NCBI GenBank assembly: GCA_949746985.1
Contig: CATKDV010000165.1
Location: 1-60,167 of the forward strand
Direction: 5' to 3'
Length of the DNA: 60,167 bases
DNA from: an uncultured Eubacteriales bacterium
Lineage (GTDB): Bacteria; Bacillota; Clostridia; Oscillospirales; Oscillospiraceae
Within the stretch, counting starts at the first letter, position 1. Each line of letters begins with the position of its first letter. Made by a program: the position numbers and the translations under genes. The notes below the pieces were generated by a model. The model was not told the DNA's origin, did no database searches, and was given only the letters and a program-made list of their open reading frames with translations. Positions 1 through 9,012 of this stretch are shown one piece after another.

Positions 1-1413
1 CTTATCACGGGCGTCGTCGGGCATCCGCTTGAGCTTGGTATTCAGGTCCTCACTGACCAGGTCGTGGAAGGATTTCCCGAAGATATTGGACTCCCAGATC
101 CGGGCGGTGTCCCCTTCGAACTCCTGGAGGAGGTAACTCACCATCTCCTCGGACTGCTTCTCGCTGCCCATGAGGGGGGATACCTCCGTCTCAATGTCCG
201 CCCGGATCATGTGGATGCTGGGTGCGGAGGCCTTCAGGCGGACGCCGTAACGGCCTCCCTGCTTCACGATCTCCGGCTCCTCCAGTTTCAATTCCTCGGG
301 GCTGGGGGCTACGATGCCGTAGCCCGTCTCCCGGACCTGGGCGATGGCCTCGGAGACCTTGTCGTACTCCCGCTTCACCCCCGCCAGGCTGGTGAGAAGG
401 CTCATCAGATCCCCGTCGTCGGCGATGGTGAAGCCCGATTGGGCGGAGATGGTGTCATAGAAAAGACTTCTGGGCAATTCCAGGGTCGCTATAGCGGCAC
501 CGGCGCCCAGGTCGATGGCGGTCACCTGGGCACTGCTCACCGTCTCGCAGGCCCCGATGGCGGCCATAGCCCCCTCCACCTCCCGGATGCGGCGCATCTC
601 ACAGGCACCCTCCCGGATGGCGGTGTAGAGCCCGCTCTTGATGGGGTGGTCGTAAGGCAGAGCGTCAACCCAGGAGGGCAGGAACAGGTCCAACTCCTTC
701 ACAGGGAACTCATAGAGGACCCCCCGGATGATGGCGGTCACATCCTCCTCGCCCAGCTCCAGACAGTTGCAGCGCATACAGGTCACGTCATAGCGGTCCG
801 TGATGTCCGCCTGGATGGCCTTGGCCCGGTCAGAGTCGGGATCGGCGGAGTTGAGCACCACCAGGAAGGGCTTTCCCATCTCCTTGAGTTCGGTGATGAC
901 CCGGTTCTCCGCCTCCAAATACTCCTCCCGGGGAATGTCAGTCACGGTGCCGTCGGTGGTGACTACGATACCGATGGTGGAGTGCTCAGCGATGACCTTT
1001 CGGGTCCCCACTTCAGCGGCCTCGGTCATGGGGATGGGCTGCTCAAACCAGGGGGTGGTCACCATGCGGGGCATATCGTCCTCGGTCTGCCCTACCGCGC
1101 CGGGGACCATATAGCCCACGCAGTCGATGAGCCGAACGGAGAAGGAGGCTCCATCCTCCATATCCACCCGAACGGCCTCCTCGGGGACAAACTTGGGCTC
1201 GGCGGTCATCACGGTCCGGCCCGAACCGCTCTGGGGCAGCTCGTCGCGGGCCCGCTCCCGGCGGTAAACATTCTCGATGTTGGGGATCACCAAGGTCTCC
1301 ATAAATCGCTTGATGAAGGTGGATTTGCCCGTCCGGACGGGGCCCACCACCCCGATATAGATGTCGCCTCCGGTGCGCTGGGCGATATCGTCATAGATCT
1401 TATTCTCTTCCAT
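1..1413 (-). CDS. spoIVA: Stage IV sporulation protein A (3' end runs off the window)
   Basis: Not in ORF track. Manual translation from ATG at 1413: MEENKIYDDIAQRTGGDIYIGVVGPVRTGKSTFIKRFME, the SpoIVA N-terminus with Walker A. The frame appears open to position 1. Confidence 0.97.
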   Translation of the reverse strand, partial: MEENKIYDDIAQRTGGDIYIGVVGPVRTGKSTFIKRFMETLVIPNIENVYRRERARDELPQSGSGRTVMTAEPKFVPEEAVRVDMEDGASFSVRLIDCVGYMVPGAVGQTEDDMPRMVTTPWFEQPIPMTEAAEVGTRKVIAEHSTIGIVVTTDGTVTDIPREEYLEAENRVITELKEMGKPFLVVLNSADPDSDRAKAIQADITDRYDVTCMRCNCLELGEEDVTAIIRGVLYEFPVKELDLFLPSWVDALPYDHPIKSGLYTAIREGACEMRRIREVEGAMAAIGACETVSSAQVTAIDLGAGAAIATLELPRSLFYDTISAQSGFTIADDGDLMSLLTSLAGVKREYDKVSEAIAQVRETGYGIVAPSPEELKLEEPEIVKQGGRYGVRLKASAPSIHMIRADIETEVSPLMGSEKQSEEMVSYLLQEFEGDTARIWESNIFGKSFHDLVSEDLNTKLKRMPDDARDK

Positions 1414-1427
1414 CTTCCTCTCCCCCT

Positions 1428-2954
1428 TTACCGTCTCCGCGGGATCAGCAAAAGCCGGCCCTCTGCGGCGGCCTCGCCCTCCAGCTCGTTGGCGCTGATA
1501 ATATCGGCGATGGTGGTGCCGTAGGCCTTGGCCATATCCCATAGCCGCTCCCCCTGTCCCAACATCCGCAGGACAAGGGAGGGCTGCTCCCCGGCGCTTT
1601 CCGGGGCTTCCCCGGGGCCGATGGCCGCAAGGGCGGTGATCTGCCGCCGGATCAGGGCACAGTACCGAAAGTCCAGGGCAAACCGGACCTCAAGCCCTCC
1701 GGGGGCAGGGGCGGCGTATACATCTCCGACCCCATCACACTGACAGAAGCTTTGACAGCTCTCCGGCAGATCCAGGGCGCAGGGTACCGTCATGGGATGC
1801 TGAACGGAGAACAAGCCGCCCTCCTCATCCAGGTAGAGGACCTGGACCTCCACCTGGGCGGTGAGGATGCGCCGCTCTCCCTCCTGGCTTTGGGTCACCT
1901 GGGCCACCGCCATCCGGCAATCCACCACTTCACGAGCGGCTGTAGGCGTCTCCCACACCTCCCGGACGTTCTGGCTGCGAACGCCCCGGTCCAGACGGGT
2001 GTCTATGGGACACTCCGCCCGTTCCACCGCCAAGGGCTCTCTGGTGCTGTATGCGTCAGTCAGGACCTGAAGGACCCGGTTCTCCCGGACCACCGCCTGG
2101 GCCAACACTTCCAGATTTACCGATACGCTTCTGCCGTCGTCCTCGGTACTGAGCGTACAGTCTGATCCGGTCAGGGCCAGCGTTATATCGCATTCGGCAT
2201 CCTCCGCCACCCCGGAGATCTCCATGATCTGGGAAAAGGGCAGCTCCGCCCCAGCGGAGTAGACCCCGTCGTCCTGGCCTCGGTAGAGAAGGCTCACATT
2301 GGCACTTCCCTTGAAAATCAGCTTATTGCCGATGATCTTGGATTCTCCCCTGTTCAGACTCACCCGGCTTTTGAGGAGTTCCACGGCCGCAGGCTTACTG
2401 GCAGAGAGCGTCACATCATCCGAGAATGGGAAGGGCTTTTCCTGGACGCAGGCGGTGAGGTATACCTCCCTGGTCTCGGTAAGCTGTTCCACATTCTGCT
2501 GTGCCGCATCCAGCACCTGAGAGCAGATGGTCTCCATCCGCGGCGAAAAAATGGTAACATCCACCGCCGCTTCGGCCCGTACCAAAACCTTTCGAGGATT
2601 TATGGTCCGGGTATCCGCCTTGCAGCACCGAGCCGATGCCACCACCACACAGCCGGGACCGATACCAGAGGCGTCCAGCCCACAGGTAAAGGGGATCGTC
2701 ACATCCAAATGCCGTGTCCCCGCTTCCCCATCGGGGCAGTAGAGAACCGCCGTCTTGATGACGCCGCCCACCTCCGCCCTACCATCCATGGCCTCCCTGC
2801 GGGTCAGCAGGACCTTACCGTCGGTCTCCACCACCCGAAGGATGTCGGGGCAGGCGTCGGGTACGATCATTTCCAGGGTCTCCTCCGGCCGAAGGGTCGT
2901 GTCCAGCAGGGCATCGAAGCCGTTCATCTGCGTCCTGTCCAGTTCAAATTCCAT
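1428..2954 (-). CDS. DUF3794/SPOCS-repeat protein with C-terminal LysM (SipL-like coat morphogenetic protein)
   Basis: Repeated SPOCS-like segments (RKVLVRAE, NKLIFKG, ELPFSQIMEI) and C-terminal LysM (GERLWDMAKAYGTTIADIISANEL). AAGGAG RBS favours ATG 2954. Directly upstream of spoIVA. Confidence 0.88.
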   Translation of the reverse strand: MEFELDRTQMNGFDALLDTTLRPEETLEMIVPDACPDILRVVETDGKVLLTRREAMDGRAEVGGVIKTAVLYCPDGEAGTRHLDVTIPFTCGLDASGIGPGCVVVASARCCKADTRTINPRKVLVRAEAAVDVTIFSPRMETICSQVLDAAQQNVEQLTETREVYLTACVQEKPFPFSDDVTLSASKPAAVELLKSRVSLNRGESKIIGNKLIFKGSANVSLLYRGQDDGVYSAGAELPFSQIMEISGVAEDAECDITLALTGSDCTLSTEDDGRSVSVNLEVLAQAVVRENRVLQVLTDAYSTREPLAVERAECPIDTRLDRGVRSQNVREVWETPTAAREVVDCRMAVAQVTQSQEGERRILTAQVEVQVLYLDEEGGLFSVQHPMTVPCALDLPESCQSFCQCDGVGDVYAAPAPGGLEVRFALDFRYCALIRRQITALAAIGPGEAPESAGEQPSLVLRMLGQGERLWDMAKAYGTTIADIISANELEGEAAAEGRLLLIPRRR

Positions 2955-3000
2955 ACGCATTCACTCCTTGTACGGGCATCCTGCCCCGTTCTTCTGTGAA

Positions 3001-3029
3001 TCTATATGTACAAGGTCTGCCCGGTATGT
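3001..3029 (-). promoter_or_regulatory. Putative sigma-E promoter for sipL-like/spoIVA
   Basis: Minus strand reads CATA-N16-CATATAGA, close to the sigma-E consensus ATa-N16-18-cATAcanT. Confidence 0.6.
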
Positions 3030-3052
3030 CTCTTATCCCCCCAAGATTTTTT

Positions 3053-3081
3053 GTGCCCTGCGGTGATCAGCCGCAGGGCAC
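3053..3081. terminator. GC-rich hairpin downstream of spoVM
   Basis: GTGCCCTGCGG-N7-CCGCAGGGCAC inverted repeat. No U-tract on the minus strand, so terminator function is uncertain. Confidence 0.45.
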
Positions 3082-3089
3082 TATGTTTC

Positions 3090-3161
3090 TCACTTTACTT
3101 TGAATATGGTTTTCAGAAAGCCCCGCAGGGCTTTGGGAGACTTTACCACCACGATCTTCAC
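3090..3161 (-). CDS. spoVM: Stage V sporulation protein SpoVM (23 aa)
   Basis: Not in ORF track. GTG start with AAGGAGGT RBS; MKIVVVKSPKALRGFLKTIFKVK. Conserved Pro9 and amphipathic helix; lies downstream of rsgA as in Bacillus. Confidence 0.9.
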   Translation of the reverse strand: MKIVVVKSPKALRGFLKTIFKVK

Positions 3162-3328
3162 CCCTGCCCACCTCCTTCCAGTAAGCTTTTGATATAGTCC
3201 TGCCCTTTGTATCCCAGCGCCACCCCCAGGCCCAGCGTAACTATACTGGCCGGCGCCAAAAGCAGGGCCATGCCGCCAGTACAGGCCGCCGCCAAAGCCA
3301 AGTGGCCCTTCATCTCCTCAGACAACAA
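3158..3328 (-). CDS. Small hydrophobic protein (56 aa) coupled to spoVM
   Basis: AAGGAGG 8 nt before TTG 3328 (in-frame ATG at 3313); MLSEEMKGHLALAAACTGGMALLLAPASIVTLGLGVALGYKGQDYIKSLLEGGGQG. Stop overlaps the spoVM start (GTGA). Confidence 0.7.
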   Translation of the reverse strand: MLSEEMKGHLALAAACTGGMALLLAPASIVTLGLGVALGYKGQDYIKSLLEGGGQG

Positions 3329-3402
3329 AAAAGCCGCCTCCTTCCGCTTCTGGATACTCCAGTATACGAAAGGAGACCGCTTTCTGTGAAAAATGAGATC
3401 TT

Positions 3403-4302
3403 TTATTTGGAATGGGACTCGGCTTCACTCTTTCGCCGCCATTCCGGCACTTCCTTCGCCTGCTGATAAAGCCTGACATAGCTGTTATGCCGGCTCTTGG
3501 AAAGCGCTCCTTTTGAAAGCGCGTCCAGGACGGCACATCCCTTCTCCTTTACATGGGAGCAGTCCAGAAAGCGGCATTTTCCCAGATATGGCGCAAATTC
3601 CCGGAAAGCATATTGCAGCTCCTCCGGTGGGCAGCCGGGACCTTCCTCCTCAAAGGAGGCAAAGCCGGGGGTATCCGCCACCACCGCCCCATTATTGAGG
3701 CGGAACAGCTCCACATGGCGCGTGGTGTGCCTGCCCCGGCCCAGCTTTTCACTCACATCGCCTACCCGAAGGTCAAACCCCGGCTCCAACGCATTGAGAA
3801 TACTGGATTTTCCTACGCCGGAATTCCCTGTAAAGGCGCATACCTTTCCAGCAATGAGATGGGACAGCTCTTCCAGACCTTCCCCGGTTTCCGCACTGAT
3901 CCGCAGTGTGGGAAAACCGGCGGCGAGATATGTTTCATACAGCTCCTGAGGCTGCTGCAGATCCCATTTGTTGAAACAGATCACGCACTCACACCTCTGA
4001 CGTTCCGCTGCCGCAACGACCCGATCAATGAGAAAGGGATCGGTCACCGGGATGGCGCCGGAAGCTACCACCACCAACATGTCGATATTGGCTACCGCAG
4101 GCCGCCAGAATTGGTTCTTCCGCGGTAGGACCGCATCTACTGTGCCTGTCCCGTCGGACTGGGCAGTGACGTTTACCCGGTCTCCCACCAGTGGGGATAC
4201 CTTCTCGTGGCGAAATTTGCCCCGGGCCCGGCAGGTCACAATCCGCCCCGCGCAGTCCACATAGTAAAACCCAGAGAGAGCCTTAAAAATGATACCTTCC
4301 AT
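3403..4302 (-). CDS. rsgA: Ribosome small subunit-dependent GTPase A
   Basis: Circularly permuted GTPase motifs NKWD, GNSGVGKSS, RGRHTT, DTPG, plus Zn site CRFLDCSH...C. Confidence 0.97.
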   Translation of the reverse strand: MEGIIFKALSGFYYVDCAGRIVTCRARGKFRHEKVSPLVGDRVNVTAQSDGTGTVDAVLPRKNQFWRPAVANIDMLVVVASGAIPVTDPFLIDRVVAAAERQRCECVICFNKWDLQQPQELYETYLAAGFPTLRISAETGEGLEELSHLIAGKVCAFTGNSGVGKSSILNALEPGFDLRVGDVSEKLGRGRHTTRHVELFRLNNGAVVADTPGFASFEEEGPGCPPEELQYAFREFAPYLGKCRFLDCSHVKEKGCAVLDALSKGALSKSRHNSYVRLYQQAKEVPEWRRKSEAESHSK

Positions 4303-6443
4303 CAGGTTCCAAAATCCTCTGTATAGTCCTTCACGGAAACGCCGTCCAGGTAGACTACGATCTGCTGGACGCCGCTGGACTCCACGGTGAAACGGGCCAT
4401 CCGCAGCCGGGTCTCCACCACCTGGTCATGGACCTGCTCCACGCCGCCCACTGTGACACGAACCGTTACCGTATCCCGGTCATTGGGGAGGTTCACCGTT
4501 ACATCTCTGCGACTGGTACGGACAGCTGGCGCTGTGGCCACAGGCGTGGGTGTGGGAGATGGCTCAGCGCTCTCATCCGGAGCGGGAGAACCTGAAATCT
4601 CCGGGGGATCCACGGTCACCACGCCCGTACTCACCTCCAGATCAATGGAAGTCCCCTCCACCACAACGCTGTTGGGTTGGATACTCTGGGTGCAGACTTT
4701 TCCTTCCTCATATTTCTCGCTGGGGACCCGCTTGACTGAGCCGACCCGGAGACCCATCTCTGTCAGGCTTCTGGTCGCCTCCTCCAGAGGCATATCCAGA
4801 ACGGAGATCATGGTCCGCTCCTGGAGCAGCCGGCCCTGGCTGACCACAAGGGTGACCTCCTGGCCTTCCTCCACCGGCTCATCCTTCGCGGGTTTTTGAG
4901 AGATCACATTTCCCTTGGTGATGGTATCGGAATTATCAAACTCGATCTTGGGGGTCAGTCCCATTGATCGTAAGGTGGACTCTGCCACCCGCTGGTCCTG
5001 ATTATATAGGTCAGGCATCTTGATCCCTTCGCCGCCCACGCTGATCTCGACTGTGATAGTCTGGCCTCCGGCCTTTACCACATCTTCCGCTTTGGGACTC
5101 TGGCTGACAATATGACCAGGTTCCACGGTGCTATCCACCACATGACGGCCCTCCACCACAGTGAAGCCGTTATCCACCACCTCCGGCAGGGCCTGGGCCT
5201 CCTCCAAGGTATATCCCAGCACACTTGGTACGGTATAGACTTCACCTGGGTCCATCATGCCGCTGAACACGTTGCTCCAAAGGAAAACGCCCACTCCCAC
5301 CAAACAGAGGACCACAGCTGCAATCACTACCAACATTCCGATACCGCTGCCGCCCTCATCGTAGTCTTCGTCATCCTCCTCCAGTTCAGGCCTGGACTGC
5401 TTTTTGACCGGCCGCTCCAGCTTGCTGCCGCCCTTTCCCACCTTGGGCAGCTTTCCGGATCTTCCGTTCCTGGGTTCCTCGTACCGCTCGGTATGTGCGG
5501 GGCGGACAGGGACTGTCTGGGGGGTATTGGCTCCAATGGGTTGGGTGGGCTCATCCCCCTCCCCCACCAGTAGATCCTCAGAGGAATAGTCAAAGCTGAT
5601 GTTGGGATTTTTCCGAAACTCCTCCAAGTCGGCCATCATGGCATCAGCCGAGATATAGCGCTTCTCCACCGAAGAGGCCATAGCCTTCATGGTAATGGCC
5701 TCCATGGCCTCCGGGATCGAGCTGTCCAGTTCCCGGGGAGACAAGGGGATTGAATTGATGTGCTGAATGGCCACTGCCACCGGGGAATCCCCCTCGTAGG
5801 GCAGCCGACCCGTCAGCATCTCGTAGAGCACCACGCCGGCGGAATAGATGTCACTGCGGGCATCTACCCTACTTCCCCTCGCCTGCTCTGGGGAGATATA
5901 GTGGACCGACCCCAACGCCTCCTGGGTCATAGTATTCTGGGCGGAGGACATGAGCCGGGCAATTCCGAAATCAGCCACCTTTACGCTGCCATCCCGAAGG
6001 ATCATAATGTTATGAGGCTTGATGTCCCGGTGAATAATCCCTCGGCTGTGGGCATGAGAGAGCCCTTTCATGATCTGGGTACTGAAATGAAGGGCCTCCT
6101 TCCAGCTCAGTTTGCCCCCTCGCTTCTGCATATACTGTTTGAGGGTAATTCCCTCAATAAGCTCCATGACAATATAATCCGGCTCCGCCTCATCTTCGGA
6201 CCGGGATACGTCGTAAATAGCCACGATATTGGGATGGGAAAGCATGGCGACGGCCTGGGATTCCTCCCGAAACCGGCGGCGAAACTCCTCGTCATGAGCC
6301 AGATCCTCTTTTAATATCTTAATGGCCACAAACCGGTTGAGCCAGTGACATTTGGCCTTATAGACCACAGCCATGCCGCCAGAACCGATGCGCTCCAATA
6401 TTTCATATCGTTTCCCGAGGAATTTCCCTATGTATTGATCCAT
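4302..6443 (-). CDS. prkC: PASTA-domain Ser/Thr protein kinase (PrkC/Stk1)
   Basis: GSGGMAVVY, HRDIKPHN, DFG; TM helix; three PASTA repeats; follows a PP2C gene. Confidence 0.97.
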   Translation of the reverse strand: MDQYIGKFLGKRYEILERIGSGGMAVVYKAKCHWLNRFVAIKILKEDLAHDEEFRRRFREESQAVAMLSHPNIVAIYDVSRSEDEAEPDYIVMELIEGITLKQYMQKRGGKLSWKEALHFSTQIMKGLSHAHSRGIIHRDIKPHNIMILRDGSVKVADFGIARLMSSAQNTMTQEALGSVHYISPEQARGSRVDARSDIYSAGVVLYEMLTGRLPYEGDSPVAVAIQHINSIPLSPRELDSSIPEAMEAITMKAMASSVEKRYISADAMMADLEEFRKNPNISFDYSSEDLLVGEGDEPTQPIGANTPQTVPVRPAHTERYEEPRNGRSGKLPKVGKGGSKLERPVKKQSRPELEEDDEDYDEGGSGIGMLVVIAAVVLCLVGVGVFLWSNVFSGMMDPGEVYTVPSVLGYTLEEAQALPEVVDNGFTVVEGRHVVDSTVEPGHIVSQSPKAEDVVKAGGQTITVEISVGGEGIKMPDLYNQDQRVAESTLRSMGLTPKIEFDNSDTITKGNVISQKPAKDEPVEEGQEVTLVVSQGRLLQERTMISVLDMPLEEATRSLTEMGLRVGSVKRVPSEKYEEGKVCTQSIQPNSVVVEGTSIDLEVSTGVVTVDPPEISGSPAPDESAEPSPTPTPVATAPAVRTSRRDVTVNLPNDRDTVTVRVTVGGVEQVHDQVVETRLRMARFTVESSGVQQIVVYLDGVSVKDYTEDFGT

Positions 6444-6458
6444 AGTTCCTTCCCTCCC

Positions 6459-7193
6459 TTACATCTGTTGGATAAGGACAACCGTTACATTGTCCGGGGC
6501 CCCGCGTGACAGGGCGATGTCCAGCATTCGCTGGCAGCAGCTCTCCGGTGTCCCGCCGTACAGCACCTCATACAAAAGCTCCTGATCGGTCAGCAGATTC
6601 GAAAGGCCGTCACTGCATAACAGCAGGAATTCCCCCGATTTCAGCTCCACCTCATAAAGATCCGTCCGAGCCTCCGGTTCAGCGCCCAAAGCCCGGGTGA
6701 TCAGGTTCTTTTGCGGGTGGCTGCGGGCCTCCTCCGGGGTCAGCTCTCCCCGTTGGACCAGGTCCTCCACCACCGAGTGATCTCTCGTTATCTTGACCAC
6801 GCCTTCCTCACCCAGCAAATAGGCCCGGCTGTCCCCGATGTTCAGAATATAGGCCTTCTGCCCTGAGTGAATGACAGCCACCATCGTGGTCCCCATCCCC
6901 CGGCATTCCGGATCCTGCTCCGCCCGGTAACATACCGCCTCATTGGCCAGGGCCGCCGCCTGAGACAGGTGCCCGCCCGGATCCTGAAGCAAAGCCTCCC
7001 ACGACAGTTCTTCCAAATAGGCCGAGGCCGTTTCCACCGCCAAAGAGCTTGCCACATTCCCGGCCCGAGCTCCGCCCATGCCGTCGCAGACCATAGCGGC
7101 CACCAGGCCATCCCCGGCGGACTTTAAGTAATAAGAATCCTGGTTTTGGGACCGTACCACGCCTTTATCCGTGATCCCCCACGCATAGTTCAT
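6459..7193 (-). CDS. prpC: PP2C-type Ser/Thr phosphatase
   Basis: NQD, DGMGG, NIGDSR, CSDGL, DNVT motifs. Confidence 0.95.
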   Translation of the reverse strand: MNYAWGITDKGVVRSQNQDSYYLKSAGDGLVAAMVCDGMGGARAGNVASSLAVETASAYLEELSWEALLQDPGGHLSQAAALANEAVCYRAEQDPECRGMGTTMVAVIHSGQKAYILNIGDSRAYLLGEEGVVKITRDHSVVEDLVQRGELTPEEARSHPQKNLITRALGAEPEARTDLYEVELKSGEFLLLCSDGLSNLLTDQELLYEVLYGGTPESCCQRMLDIALSRGAPDNVTVVLIQQM

Positions 7194-8218
7194 GGCTTCT
7201 CATCCTCCAACTGCTTGCGCCGTAATTGTCCACAGGATGCGTCGATATCCCCGCCCAGCTTCCGCCGGACAGTGGCTGTCACACCTTGCCGCTCCAACCG
7301 CTCCTGAAATTCCCGAACCCGTTTACTGGGTTTGAATGGGCTCTCCGTCACCTCATTAAGCGGGATCAGATTCACATGACCGGGAGTTCCCTTTAAGTGG
7401 CTGACAAGAAGATCAGCCTGCCAATCAGAATCGTTCACGCCGTCGATCATAGCGTACTCATAGGAGATCCTTCGTCCCGTGGTTTCAAAATATTGCCGGC
7501 AGGACTCGAAAAGCCGGGCCACCCCTACGCTCTTGTTTACCGGCATGATCTTGGATCTGGTCTCATCATCCGGGGCGTGAAGGGAGACCGACAATGTCAA
7601 TTGTAACTGATATTGGGCCAGTTTGTCAATTTTCTCCACCAGGCCGCAGGTTGACAGAGAGATATGCCGCATACCGATATTCATCCCTTCGGGGCTGTTC
7701 ACCAGCTCCAAAAACCGAAGGACCGTATCAAAATTATCCAGCGGCTCCCCGATCCCCATCAAAACGATATTGGAAATTTCTTCTCCCGAATCCAGTTGGG
7801 TAAACAATACCTGATCCAACATTTCTGAGGGAGTCAGATCTCTTATCTTGCCGCCGATGGTCGACGCACAAAAGGCGCACCCCATCCGGCAGCCCACTTG
7901 AGATGAGATACAGACAGTATTCCCATGATGGTAGCGCATCAAAACCGTCTCCACACAGTTTCCATCCCGCAGCCGCCAAAGATATTTGGCCGTCCCATCC
8001 TGCCGGGAGATCTGTTTGCGCTCCACACCCGGAGCCGTAATAAAGCACCTGTCAGACAATTTCTCCCGCAGCGGCTTTGAAAGATTTGTCATCTCCTCAA
8101 AGGAGACCGCTCCCCGGTGGAGCCACTGATAGACCTGCTTGCCCCGGAAAGCGGGCTCTCCCAATTCCCTCATAAAAGCGGTCATCTCCGCCAAATTCAT
8201 GGATTTCAGATCCTGCAA
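7190..8218 (-). CDS. rlmN: 23S rRNA A2503 C2-methyltransferase (radical SAM)
   Basis: ISSQVGCRMGCAFC, MGIGEPL, SLHAP, DASCGQL. Confidence 0.96.
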   Translation of the reverse strand: MQDLKSMNLAEMTAFMRELGEPAFRGKQVYQWLHRGAVSFEEMTNLSKPLREKLSDRCFITAPGVERKQISRQDGTAKYLWRLRDGNCVETVLMRYHHGNTVCISSQVGCRMGCAFCASTIGGKIRDLTPSEMLDQVLFTQLDSGEEISNIVLMGIGEPLDNFDTVLRFLELVNSPEGMNIGMRHISLSTCGLVEKIDKLAQYQLQLTLSVSLHAPDDETRSKIMPVNKSVGVARLFESCRQYFETTGRRISYEYAMIDGVNDSDWQADLLVSHLKGTPGHVNLIPLNEVTESPFKPSKRVREFQERLERQGVTATVRRKLGGDIDASCGQLRRKQLEDEKP

Positions 8219-8236
8219 ACAGGCCGCCCCCCTTCC

Positions 8237-8995
8237 TCAGATATATTTCTCATACCCGCATCGCTCCACGACCTTTTTCCCCAAGAGGGTAACGGCACCT
8301 ACCGGACAGGCGCTGATACAGCGGTAACACATGGTACAGCGGCCTTTCGCCGCGGCCTTTTTCCCATTCAGCGACAGATTTTGCATCGGGCACAGGGAAA
8401 TACATGTTCCACAGCCCATACAGGCATCGCTGATCTTCAGGTCCCCGGAGTAATCCTTCATCCTGCTTCGAAACCAAAAGCGTTGGCAGAGAAAACCCGC
8501 CGCTCTGTTATAAAAATGAAGCCCCTCTCTGGGATACCTCCCACCCTTGATCCTTGCCGCCCACCGCTCGATCTTTCTGTCTGCCGCCGCTATGATCGCC
8601 CTGTTTTTCTCCAAGGACCGCTTCAGCAGCTTTACATCGCAGATGGAGTCCGGCATTTTGAGGTGCAGGCCGCCTACCACCTCCGCGCCATACCTCTTCA
8701 ACAGCCGGGCGGCACATCCCGCTCCGTCTCCACTAAAAAGGCCCATGGTGGCAAGGCATATTACTTGCTTTCCCTTCCAGAGGGTCGAATGGGCGGTAAT
8801 GAAATCCCGGACCATGACCGGCACATTTGAAAACTGTACCGGGTAGGCCAAAACGATACACTTCTGCCGAGACAACAGCTTTCCTGCATCCTCGCACTCC
8901 ATCGGGAGCACCTGTCCCCCAGTATCCAGCAAACAAACAAGCCTCTCCACACAGTGCTTCGTATTTCCGGTCCCACTCAGATAGATTCCCACCAT
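8237..8995 (-). CDS. EFR1-family flavodoxin-ferredoxin fusion
   Basis: N-terminal flavodoxin loop SGTGNT; two [4Fe-4S] motifs CMGCGTCISLCP and CTMCYRCISACP. Confidence 0.88.
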   Translation of the reverse strand: MVGIYLSGTGNTKHCVERLVCLLDTGGQVLPMECEDAGKLLSRQKCIVLAYPVQFSNVPVMVRDFITAHSTLWKGKQVICLATMGLFSGDGAGCAARLLKRYGAEVVGGLHLKMPDSICDVKLLKRSLEKNRAIIAAADRKIERWAARIKGGRYPREGLHFYNRAAGFLCQRFWFRSRMKDYSGDLKISDACMGCGTCISLCPMQNLSLNGKKAAAKGRCTMCYRCISACPVGAVTLLGKKVVERCGYEKYI

Positions 8996-9012
8996 ACCTG
9001 CTTTCCCTGCCT

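Noticed and set aside
64-1524. 486-aa plus-strand ORF
   Set aside because: Antisense shadow of spoIVA; no recognisable motifs; expected from GC-rich codon bias.
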